This document shows positions 48,894-60,353 of a stretch of 64,000 nucleotides of DNA, piece by piece. The DNA is from Gekko japonicus (lineage: Eukaryota). Numbering within the stretch: the first letter of the stretch is position 1; the number at the start of each line of letters is the position of its first letter. The notes below the pieces were generated by a model. It was not told the DNA's origin, did not search any database, and saw only the letters and a list, made by a program, of their open reading frames with translations. The stretch lies in NCBI RefSeq assembly GCF_001447785.1, contig NW_015167559.1:124001-188000 (forward strand), in the 5' to 3' direction. A program made the translations under genes and the position numbers.

Positions 48894-51800
48894 AGTCTAG
48901 ATCAAGTAATTCTGGATCAAGTAATGTTCATTCTCCTATGGTCACTACAATAATTGTTCTGATTGACTATTTCTGATCAGCCTTACTGCCAACAAAGGCA
49001 TCTCTTGATTATTGATTAGTACTGATCTTCCAGCAAACTCTACTATAGCAGCTGCTCTTACCACTAAGCCACAGACTCTCTCTGACAGGAACTCCAGCCT
49101 CTTTAAACTCTGCTGAATAATTATTTGGATTGAGACCACTATGTTGGATAAGGGAATTTAATCTTTTCACCTTGCATCTTCTCAATGCAAAACTGTGCCC
49201 CTTCCTGGAAACATAATTGGCCCTGGGAGAGAAAATATTTATTTTCCTCAGTGTTTTTTCCTGTTGTAAAAAAGGGCATGGGGAGAGAGATTAATCCCTC
49301 CTCATCCAGCACCATGATCCTGCTTCAACCCTGCCCCCCCAAAAAAGTTGCAGTAGACCTGTGATCCAACTGTTGATCTTCAACATCTTGTTTAGTTTCT
49401 GGTTTATACATAAGTGTGTTGAAAACTCCTGAAGAACAGAATACACTTACAGATGAAAAAGCCCACAAAAAACAAGCTAACTGAAAAGTCTGACACATGG
49501 AAACAGCCTTCCTCACATGTGCCACCTGCTGTAAGAAAAACCAGGGAATAAACTGAATGTGCATGCAAAAGCACACCCAAAGGCGAATGATCCAGCAAGC
49601 CATATGCATGTAAAACCCACTTCCACACATGAATCTCCTTACTTGGATTAGGGCACGTGGACTAGGTAACTGGTTCTGGGGCAGGCCACTGTAGTCCCTC
49701 TGCTCAAACTGGGAAACATGCTACTCATGCAGCAAGTCTCATATGGGGCGTAGGGGAGGTGTAGTTCTTGAAACTGCCAGAAACCACTCAACCTCTCAGT
49801 CTGTAGGATCCTCTGGGGTTGGGCTCAGAGAACTCAAGCCTACTTCAAGGCCAATCCCCTCCCCTTGTGGCCACTACATATTTGAGCAAAGAAAGATCAG
49901 CAAACAAGCAGTTTCCTTGGTAAATACCATTTAAAAGCAAGTGAGGAAGTATGATGCTCACTGTGGTAGTTAGTATACCAACAGCCTCCAAGTCTTATCT
50001 ATAGCACAGACTTTCTTTTGCATTAATAGATCTGTTACTGAAAAACAAATTCTGAGAAGGAATAAAATTAAGGGATTTAAAATTATGTATTGATAATGGA
50101 TTTTAATATTATTTTAAAAATTGTTCCCTCGTGTCAAATTCAAAGTATATAATTAAAGGGTGATCTGAATGTTTTTGCTGTCAAGCATTAAATACCTTAT
50201 AGGGAAAGCATCAGCTGCTTATAAAATTAGAAGCATTTGCCAGTTGCTGCGTAGTTCTTCAGCTGATCACGTTTCCTCTCTTTGCTTAACACTGTTCTTC
50301 AGTTGCCTGCTATGTTGTTTGTTTGCTCTCAAGTCAGCTAACAAAGCCAGTTGAAATGACTACTTCTGACTAGGAGTGTGCATTTGGATCCACCCAAGCA
50401 GAAAATATAACTCATCAGTATTTTTCAAGTACATTTTGGCTTTCTTAATGTATCCGGGTTTTCTCAAGAAAATGGGGGGGGGGGGGGGAAACGAAAAAAT
50501 CCCGGATATATTTGGGAATTATTAGTAGTTCCAAAAACAGCAGAGAGGCAGGAACAGATTTGCTCCCGCCTCTCAGCTGTTTGTCGAACGTCTACTGCAG
50601 AAGACAGCCCAAGGATCAGCTGTGCCAGGGAGAGCAGACTGTTCCCGCCAGTTCGGCTTGGAGCTGGCTTCTCATGCAGCCCGGTTTAAACTGGGCTGCA
50701 GGAGAAGCCAGCCCCAGAAGCTGCTGTGCCGCAGGGAACAATCTGCTAGCCACGACACAGCAGATCCTGGGGTCAGCACCGGTTTAAACTGCGCTGCAGG
50801 AGAAGCCATCCCAGCCAGGATCTGTGTGCCGCGGGGAGAGACCTCCTCACAGCATGCAGAGGCTGGGGCCAGCTTCTTCTGCAGCGTAGTTTAAACCGCA
50901 CTTCAGGAAAAGCCAGCTCCATGATCAGGCTAGCTTTAAAAAAAAAAAAAAGCGGTACTTTTCTTCTCAGGACAATCGGACCAAAAATCTGGGATTTCCG
51001 AGAAATTCCAGCTCCGAATACCATACTGGTATTTTCAGAAATACCACATTTTTTGGAGTGCAATAGACCCAAACCAAAAATTAACGATTTAAAAAATATA
51101 TGAATTCTGACCTTTTCTGATGTAGTGCTTGCATGTGCAGATACTAAGGGCTCTCCGAGCAAAACTATTATGCAAATGTAATTACAAATCTCTACTGATA
51201 ATGGAATTTTAATATTGCATGCAACACATTTCATCCATGGAATACTTTCTAAAAATCATTAAATCAGTATTGTTATAAAGTACTACCATCAGACACTTAC
51301 AGAAGATGTATGCCTGAGGCACTGTATGACCATTCACAACAACCAGTGAGGAGCAAGAAGGCATTTTCTTAAAGTACTTCACACATAGATGCCTCTAAGA
51401 GTGCCTTCCACCATTATAGTCACCTGGAAGGAGTAGGAAGGAAAGAAGATCTCCCTTTTCTGTGAAGGAGATCTTTCCCATCTCTCCTGGTGAGGAAATG
51501 CATTAGCCTTTAGTTTGGATTCCATAAACAGATAGGTGAGCTCCTGCCCACGTTTCAAATCATGTGAATTCTTAGTCACATAACATCTGAATCTCTAGCC
51601 TAGTCATTGACTAAACAACTAAACTGAGTTTGCAACTAAAACAAGGTTTGTGTGAGATTCTGTGCTGATTATATTCTGTAGTCATGACATATCAAGATAC
51701 AATATATGATCTAAAAGTACATTGCCTTTTCACAATTTAACCTTGAATCAAGTTTAGGCTTTAGGACCTTGGTGAATCTTATCACCTCCCACAAACACAT

Positions 51801-52123
51801 GCACAATTTACTTGTCCTGCCCTTCTGAAATTGTGCCCCAGGATGCCAAAAGGAAAGACTTAGTTTGGATAAAATAGCAAAATGAAGAAACAGAAAGCAG
51901 AAGCATTTTGTACTTCCTATCACTGTAGTGTCTAAAGACCCACCAAGCTATAGGCCAGCAAAGATGACCACTGCCATTCTTCTCTTTCCTGCCAAGCTAT
52001 TTCTCAGATCCTAAATTCTGACTAAGGCACTTCCGGTAAAGAGTTTATGTCTATGATATGGGCTTAGATCGGCTATAAAAACCAATAGTGGGAATTATAT
52101 TAATATTTTATAGAAGTTCTATA

Positions 52124-52282
52124 NNNNNNNNNNNNNNNNNNNNNNNNNNNNNNNNNNNNNNNNNNNNNNNNNNNNNNNNNNNNNNNNNNNNNNNNNNNNN
52201 NNNNNNNNNNNNNNNNNNNNNNNNNNNNNNNNNNNNNNNNNNNNNNNNNNNNNNNNNNNNNNNNNNNNNNNNNNNNNNNNNN
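52124..52282. other. Assembly gap (159 N)
   Basis: Run of N. Confidence 1.
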
Positions 52283-52530
52283 GCCGTTCACTTGGAGTCT
52301 CAGAGCGGCTTACAAACTCCTTTCCTTTCCCCTCCCCACAACAGACACCCTGTGAGGTGGGTGGGGCTGAGAGAACTCTGACACAAACTGCTCTTTTTCA
52401 AGGACAGCTGTGCCAGAGCTTGTGACTGACCCAAGGTCACATCAGCAGGTACAAGTGGAGGAGTGGGGAATCAAACCCGGTTCTCCCAGATTAGAGTCCG
52501 CACACTTAACCACTACACCAAACTGGCTCC
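52283..52530 (-). mobile_element. Squam3-like SINE, tail lost in the gap
   Basis: Very close to the reverse complement of the 57789 copy. Confidence 0.85.
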
Positions 52531-52760
52531 TTCCATAAACCTTTAGGACCTTCAGGATTAATTGAACATCTGATTGTAGTTTTACCTTGGAATTTGCTAA
52601 GATCAACCAATCATCTAGGTAGGAGATTTCACACCTAACCTGCACAGGTAAGCTACCACTACTATGATCTTGGTGAACACTTTGGGAGCCATAGCAAGTC
52701 CAAACACTAGAACAGTCTATCATGATATATATGGTACACAGATGTTCTTGTGCGCTTTTT
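52531..52760 (-). mobile_element. DIRS-like RT fragment (YLDD region)
   Basis: Frameshifted VFGLAMAPKVFTK...YLDDWLILA. Confidence 0.75.
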
Positions 52761-53571
52761 GCACCCTTTGTAGAACATTCATCAGCTGGTCAAGAAAAGC
52801 ACAGAACCTTCTATCCTTGTCAGTCAATTAATAAAGTTGAAGAAAAACGAATTATTGTCTTTTAACTACTAGTAAATTATTGTCTTTTAACTACTAGCCT
52901 TTTAAAACATGCTTGAGCAGTTAATATTATCAGGTATAATATCAGCACACCTGCATATGATTTCATAGACTCATACTGTGAATCAATCAGTTATCTGTAG
53001 AATCATCACATGATAAAATTATGAATCTTTAAAAAGATAGTGGATACACCAATAAAAACTGTCACATAGAAAAGTTACTCGGGTTTCCAAGAATGGAGAG
53101 TCAAAGAACGTAGGTGAGATGTCTGTGTGTCAGTGTATTGGGTTTCCTAAGCTTTTTAAAGCATTCTAAGATAGCTATTTGAACTTTAGCTTTAAAGCTA
53201 ATTTATTCAATAATGTTAGAGAAATGTTAGGAGAGCTGCGTTTCCTTGCAGGTCTTTCAGTAATTTTAGGGTTAACTTGTTCTTGTTTCTATTTTTATTA
53301 TCTTACCTAAAAAAAAGAGTTGTGTCTTTTTTCAAAAAAGATTATTAGCTTACTGAAAGTTTCTGCCTGGTTTGCTTGCGCAAGGTTGAACACTCATATT
53401 GTACTATTGCAGTTGCCCGTTTATGGGGTCTTATCTGTATAGATCGTTTTGAAGTCTCTGATGCTGCTTGGCTGGTAAGGATAACACTCACGGATTGAGT
53501 GGTTCAGACCTTTAAATTAGATTCAGGAAAATAATCTTGTTACAAGTGTACTGCAAAAAGAGAGTGTTGCA

Positions 53572-53900
53572 TTAGAATTTGAAGTATTTTTGGAAGTCTG
53601 GCCTGATCCTTATATGGAAATTGGCATCTAATAAATCTAGAGTCACATACCACACACCTGGATGGAGTAGTGGAAGGACATCTAAGATGGATAACATTCT
53701 GAACTTTTTTATTGACAAAACCTTGTTTAAGCTCCTGAGGTCGAGCCTCAATCTCACCCCTCCCCCTTTCCTTTCCACCATAAAATACCTTGAGTAGAAG
53801 CCTGTGGGCTGTTCTTTTGGAGGTACTTTTCTAATTATTTTTTGGGGCCAGCAGGGCCTCTACTTCTGCTAGAAGTTGGGGGGAAGGGGTTGGTTGGTGG
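53572..53900 (-). mobile_element. DIRS-like RT fragment (N-terminal part)
   Basis: GFYSRYFMVERKGGGVRLRLDLRSLNK...KFRM...TLDLLDANFHI, fitting the DIRS1 pattern GFYSxxFLVPKKxGGxRPILDLRxLN. Confidence 0.82.
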
Positions 53901-54228
53901 TAGGCGAAGAGATTCTTTGCAAAATAGGTCCTGTTTCTTTATTTCAGAGCCCATTGTTGTGTACTTTTTTCAATTTCAAATTCAAAAATAAAGCAACCAG
54001 GGCTCATTGCAATGTCACATTAAGTCAGTATTTTACCACCTATACTGGCTAGCAGTCTGTTTCTGGTCCCAACTCAAAGTGATGGCTTTGACATTTAGAG
54101 CTCTCAATGGCTTAGACTCAATGTACCTCAAGGACTGCTCCACCAACATATACTGACCTGTGCTTGGAGATCATCAGACTGGGCCTTGATACAGGAACCC
54201 ACAATTTAATATGTATATTTAATATAGA

Positions 54229-54622
54229 CATAAGAACATAAGAAACGCCAATGTTGGATCAGGCCAAAGACCCATCCAGTCCAACACTCTGGCACACAGT
54301 GGCCAAAAATACCAGGTGCCATCAGGAGGTCCAGCAGTGGGGCCAGGACATTAGAAGCCCTCCCACTGTTGACCCCCCCCCCCAAGCACCAAGAAGACAG
54401 AGCATCACTTGCCCCAGAGTCCCTATCTATACTTTGTGGCTAATAGCCACTGATGGACCTCTGCTCCATATGCTTATCTAATTCCCTTTTGAAGCCGTCC
54501 ATGCTTGTAGCCGCCACCACCTCCTGTGGCAGTGAATTCCATGTGTTAATCACTCTTTGGGTGAAGTAGTACTTTCTTTTATCTGTTCTAACCCGACCGC
54601 TCAGCAATTTCATTGAGTGCCC
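54229..54622 (-). mobile_element. CR1-type 3' end, apparently inserted in an old L2 fragment
   Basis: cataagaacataagaa tail; reverse complement of the 538-860 family. Confidence 0.82.
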
Positions 54623-54694
54623 TGTGACCTGTGGTAGGGGCCTTCCCAGAGGTCATCTCTAAACTATGGAATTCCCTTCCTCAAGAGTTACAAG

Positions 54695-55031
54695 TAGGGT
54701 TACCAGGTAACCCCTGGCAACTGATCGGGGGGTACTTACCGACAGTAAAGTGAAGCTTAGGCCAGTATCACTGGCAATGCGGTTATATCACTTCTAGTGC
54801 ACAACATAAGTAACAACATCATGTCACTGGTAACACAGGGATGCTCTAGTATTTGGGCAAAAAAACTATGGTAGAAGTTATTTCTACCATAGGGTTTTTG
54901 CCCAAATACCAGAGCATCTCATGTCCCTGATGATGTGATGACATCACTTCCATCGTGCACTGGAAGAGACATCACCACTTCATCAACTATGCCAGCCAAC
55001 AAGTCCCCCTGCTAGGGATTCAGCAAGCCTA
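54695..55031. mobile_element. hAT MITE (tagggttgcca family), degraded
   Basis: TSD gttacaag/gttgcaag. Confidence 0.72.
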
Positions 55032-57044
55032 GTTGCAAGAAATATCCTTATTACAAGCCTTCCAGCATTAAAATTATTTCTTCTGGAAAGGTTTTAAGTA
55101 TAACTGCTATTCCCTGGGGTTTTAGTAATCCACTAAGAGTCCAAATGACAAAGGCAGACTATAAATAATGTAAATAAATAATCTGCTTTCATTTTGACTA
55201 CTTTTTCTACAAAGTTTTATTGTCTGAGATGCATTTTTACTTTTATAAAGTGCCTTGAACACTGTACGGAAAGGCAGCCTGAATTTTTTCTAAATACATA
55301 CAGTGGCAGTTGTGTTGATTCTATGTGTTCTTAAATTTCACTGAATAAATGTGTGTGTGTGGGGGGGAGGAATTTTCCATTTATTCCCTCCTGGTTTTTC
55401 TGACTTCAATTCTCCCTCCTCTTACAAGCAATAACTTCCTCACATGGAAAACATAAAATGCCCTCTATAAATGCCTGTATATTTCCCTCACAACAAGCAG
55501 CTCCGGGATTGTTGATTTGGCTCAGGGGAAAAATACAAGAGGAAGAGATCACGAATTCCTGCAGCCATTAGTATTTTAAAATCCATGGGTAATTAATTCA
55601 TGGATACCCTGATCTATACTACCTTTGCTGTTTAAGAAAACAGGTTTCTAATCTCTATAGTCTGAGATAAAGTGAAGAAATAATCCCACAATGTTGGGAA
55701 CAACTTTTAAGAGTCGTTATTCAGTGTCCTGTACAAGGTTCTCCACCTGATGAGGCCTTTCCAGTCTAATAACAAGTTTCAGGCTCCTTTAATTTTCTTC
55801 TGCCACCCATGTTGTTACCCAAAATTCAGGATTTGTTGAAAACTTAAATGCTGGCATCCAAACAATGCAAGATGTGTGCATGATTTATTCATACGGAAAT
55901 TTTTGATTGATTATTTTATAGAGAATCCACAAAGCTCTGTTTGTAGTAAGGAAGGGAAATATCTCTCTTACAAAGGCAAATCTGTACCAATCTCTCTGAA
56001 GTTATATCAGGTTTACATCAGATTCAGGGTGGCCTTCTTCTGAGCTATATTTTCCCCACTGCTTATGTTGTTTCCTTAAGGTTTTGTTGACTGGATATTA
56101 GCCAGTTTTACTTTTTGAAAACAGCTGAACTATAAGGATGATAATATCACTGCTTCCTGCTGCTCTAGAAAATGTTAAGATTTCTGAAATGTTTTTTATT
56201 AGCTTTTGAACTGTATAAACAATCATTGCACCTGAATCAATATGAAACCCTTAGAACTTCTTGCAAAACATCAAGAGAAGCCTACCATCATTAACCCAGA
56301 TATGCAATACTCAGCTGAGGGTACCACATAAAAATTTAGCCCTGGCAAGCTGCTCTTTGTTTACATAATTAATAATGGGCTAATTTAAAAGTGACAGGTC
56401 AACATTAAGATTTTCAGGTAATTTAGCTGTATTTCCATGAAGTAGTGAAACCAATTTGGACTTGCCTGTTCCAACTGTTTTCTGTCTGCAGTTTCACATT
56501 CAAGCTGCACAAGTGCTCTGAAGTATCAAATACTTCAAACAACCTTACCTGCAGTAGCAAAACAGCAAAAGGCTCAATATACCCCAACATGTCTATAAGG
56601 AGCCATCCCCACACGCAAAGAAAAAGGTACAAGATAACTTTTACAAATCACTAACTGAGAAGGCGGAACCAGTAAAGGCACATCTACCTGTTACAAACAA
56701 CTCCTAATCATGTAACTATAGAGTGGCTTTTCAAGGTTAATTTTTTTGTAGTATCCTTAGGTGGTTAATATATACCTGAATTAACTGATGCTAGGTTTTT
56801 TAAAATGTTATCTACCTAAGAATTCTACACAAAGGAGTTTATATGGTTTTTGAATGTCCAAAAAGTTCAGAGAGGTCTATTCTCTAACTCAAATGAAATT
56901 TTATACCGAGGTACTTAGAGTAAAGCCCTATATGGCTTGGCCCCATCAAACCAGAAGGCCTACTTTCCTCCATATGAACTTACCCAATCTCCCAGTTATA
57001 TTCAGAGGCCCTACTTTGGGAACTCCCAGCATCTGAAGCTAGAT

Positions 57045-57246
57045 TAGGGTTGCCAACTCTGTTGGGAAATTCCTGAAGATTTAGGGATGTAGCATATGGA
57101 GGGCGGGATTTAGGGACCTTAGGCTATAATACCATATAGTCCACCCTCCGATTCAACCATTATCTCTAGGAAAAAAGATTTCTGTTGTCTGGAGATCAGT
57201 TATAATTCCAGGAGATCTCCAGGCCCCCATGGAGGCTGGCAACTCA
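57045..57246. mobile_element. hAT MITE (short type) within an L2 3' fragment
   Basis: tagggttgcca start; similar to 46447; TSD 6 of 8. Confidence 0.7.
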
Positions 57247-57788
57247 GGTTAGATGGGTGGCAATGCGAGAAGGGGCCTTCCCAGTTGTGGCACCAAAACT
57301 TTGAAACTCCCTCCCCAAGAGGATTTGTTTGTCTCCCTCTACTGATGTCTTCTGCCAGTGGGTGAGGACTTTTGTTTTGTTTGGTGTTCTCTTGCTAACT
57401 TTTATTAGCCCTCTTCCCTGTGTGTGCATTTTTTGTTCTAAATATTTTATATGTATTTGCATTTTAAATGCTTTTTTTAATTTTTGAAATGTTTTAATGT
57501 TTGTTACCTTGGGGACCATGAATTGAGCTGAGAGGCAGCATAGAAATGTTTTACACAAATAAAATTCAATGAAGTATAGGTCAAAAACTCTTTGACAATG
57601 TACTTCCAAATCGGAGGAGGCGGGGTTGCGGCACATCAACACGGTCGGCACTAGGAACCGCTCCCAGGCACCGCTGGCTTTTTATTCTTTTTAGGGGAGT
57701 TTTCAGGGGATCCCAAACTCCACTGGACCTCCTGGAGGGAGGTCTGGTGCAAGGGACTCAATTCGCCGCCCCCCCGCGAGTGGCAGTA

Positions 57789-58097
57789 AGAGCCAGTTTG
57801 GTGGAGTGGTTAAGTGTGCGGACTCTACTCTGGGAGAATCGGGTTTGATTCCCCATTCCTCCACTTGCACCTGCTGATGTGACCTTGGGTCAGTCACAAG
57901 CTCTGGCACAGCTGTTCCTGAAAGAGCAGTTTGTGTCAGAGTTCTCTCAGCCCCACCCACCTCACAGGGTGTCTGTTGCGGGGGAGGGGAAGGGAAAGTA
58001 GTTTGTAAGCCGCTCTGAGACTCCAAGTAAAGGGCGGGGTATAAATCCAATCTCCTCCTCCTCCTCCTCCTCCTCCTCCTTCTTCTTCTTCTTCTTC
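57789..58097 (+). mobile_element. Squam3-like SINE with (CTC)n(TTC)n tail, nested in element B
   Basis: Removing it restores colinearity of B with A (ggcagtaag|cgggtggaagcc vs ggcaacaagcgggtggatgcc). Confidence 0.9.
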
Positions 58098-58504
58098 CGG
58101 GTGGAAGCCCTGGATCGTCCCAGAAGCAAGGAATGAAGCAGCGCAGTTATGGCAGCCATAACTGCCCAACATGGGAGTGCCCCATGAGAAGAGAGTTACT
58201 TGAGCCTCAGCCATAACACCGATGAAGATTTCTACCATGAGTAATTGTAAAAGCAACACTGAAGAATCCAATTATCATTTGGGCTAAGCCCCTTTAAATT
58301 TTAAAAGGACAAGGAAAGGAGAGGTGGAAATCTCCCCCCCTTCCTATTCAAAGTGGCTAGTTCAAGTTAACAAAGCTGCACTAAATCTACTTTGGGGCAA
58401 AGAGGAAACAAAGACTGTTTTTTGAGCTCTTAATATCTTTTCCTGGAACATAAATTTGAATTTGTGGATTTAAGTGACTCACTGGAATTATATATGGACT
58501 TCTT

Positions 58505-60353
58505 TTTTTATTTCAAATATTTTATTAAGAATAATATTTCAGTACATAACAAAAAGAGAGTAGCAAAGTATGTTAAATGCAAACTTACACAAACCTTAAA
58601 TTCATATACTGTAATATTTTTAATTCGTACTTACAAAACTACTGTTCATCATCTAAAAAAACTAGAAGGAGCGCTCAGACTAAAAACGTAGATCTTAAAA
58701 CTGTAACCAAGCCATATAATCGGAATTTGTAGGTAAGAGGTCATTTTCCACGAAATATGTAAGTGCTGGAAACCAATGTCGTACAAATTTTGAGTAAGTG
58801 CCAGTTAACCTATGAAGGTGCCTTTTGTAAGTGTCAGCAATTTTGTCCATTATAAAATGGTCCCAACGTTTATTTCGCCATTGATGAACTGTTGGAGTGT
58901 TGGGGGATTTCCATGCCACAGCAATAGATATTCTTCCCACAGCCAATAGGGTGGAAGCTAGGCCTGACATGATTATTTCCTTATCGCATGTGTATGATGA
59001 GTTTAATAGCAGCACTGCAAGGTCCAGTGGGACGTTTTGAAAAGTTATCTTCTTGATTTCCGCCAAAACCTGGGACCAAAAAGATTGTATTTCGGTACTC
59101 CTCCCCCCCTTAATTTCTAAGCATTTTAAACCAAGTCTAGATTATATAACCTAATTCGTTAAACATCTGACAGAAGACACACTTATAACCTGATAAACTA
59201 ATGCAAACCAGTATTCAAAGGCAAAAATGGATTAGATTTTCCTGCCAGTCTGGAGTGTGAGGGCATCAGTAGGCATCGGAGGAACCATATTTATCATAGA
59301 AAATGAGTCACGAGAAAGTACTTTGTTGTATTTTTCAGGTGATCATGGCGATTGGTGACAATGTTTTCTGGAACGCTTGCCAATGTCCATCAGTTCCGAT
59401 AATTTTAGGGCTTCCAAAAGGTTGAACCCTGGTGATGTCCTTGCAGGCTTCCTGATGGCAGCCATCTGTACTGTATATTTTCTTGCTGAAGGCAGGATGT
59501 TGTGGGCTTTAAAGATCTCCTGATTTTTAATGCTTCCTGAGGTAAGTCAGGAAATACTTGTATTTGGCAGTCCTTATATTTTAGAAAGCCTTTTGCTGCA
59601 GCTTCTTTTAATATTTTTTTGCCGTGTTCTACTGTCTGCGAACTGCACCAGCATGTCTCTTGGCCCATGGCGTTTTTGAGCATTTTGGGGGCCTATTCTG
59701 TAGGCTTTCAAGATGGCCGGCGCAACCACTTCTTCCAAATTAAAAACAAAGGCAAGCCAAGAAGAAATAAAACATATTAGATCTGCATTGCCTTCCTCTC
59801 TCTCCAGGATCCCCCGGAATTTCACATTTAAATTTCTTATTTGAGTTTCGACAGAGATTAGTCTTTCTCTATAATCAAGTTCCCTGGTCTGCAGTTCACG
59901 GACATTGTTTTTCAGCATAAGGCTCACACTGAGGGCCGATTCAGCTGTGCCAGCAGTTTTATTAAGCGAAGCTTGGATCTCAAAAAGTTCTTCCCTTACC
60001 GGTTGTAACTAATTTTGAATACTGTCTGTAAGTCTTTTTCCATTTGTTCTAAGAGAGTCGGTAGATCTAAATTATCATTACCCGCAGCAGGTGTATGCAA
60101 AGATGATTTTTCCGCTGCCATCTTGGCTTTTTCCGTGCCCAAATTTCTCTGCATTGGGCGACCGTTTCTGGGCAAGAAGAAGTCCTGCACGTTTTTAGAA
60201 ATATTTTTAGGACTAGCTGTGTGTGTCCCGTAATTTCTGCCCATTCCGGGGAAGGCAGCGATTTTTTTTTAGAGTTGGTATGATCTCTTATAGAGGGTGA
60301 TCGAAGATTACAGATTATGCGACTACCATTGTTGACGGCATCACCACGCCCCC
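58505..60353 (-). mobile_element. L1-derived element C: ORF1 plus only the C-terminal end of ORF2
   Basis: 17-bp TSD ttatatatggacttctt (58488-58504, 60354-60370); 5' GGGGGCG; frameshifted ORF1 (RNLNVKFRGILE, AYRIGP, PRDMLVQF, IQVFPDLPQE, IQYRW); ORF2 tail FWSQV...IAVAWKSPNTPTVHQW; AATAAA plus short poly(A). Confidence 0.9.

Noticed and set aside
50371-51146. Probable hAT-like element starting taggagtgtgca
   Set aside because: Likely a repeat, but the right end and TSD could not be defined.
52850-52897. 23-bp tandem duplication aattattgtcttttaactactag
   Set aside because: Ordinary local duplication with no sign of function.
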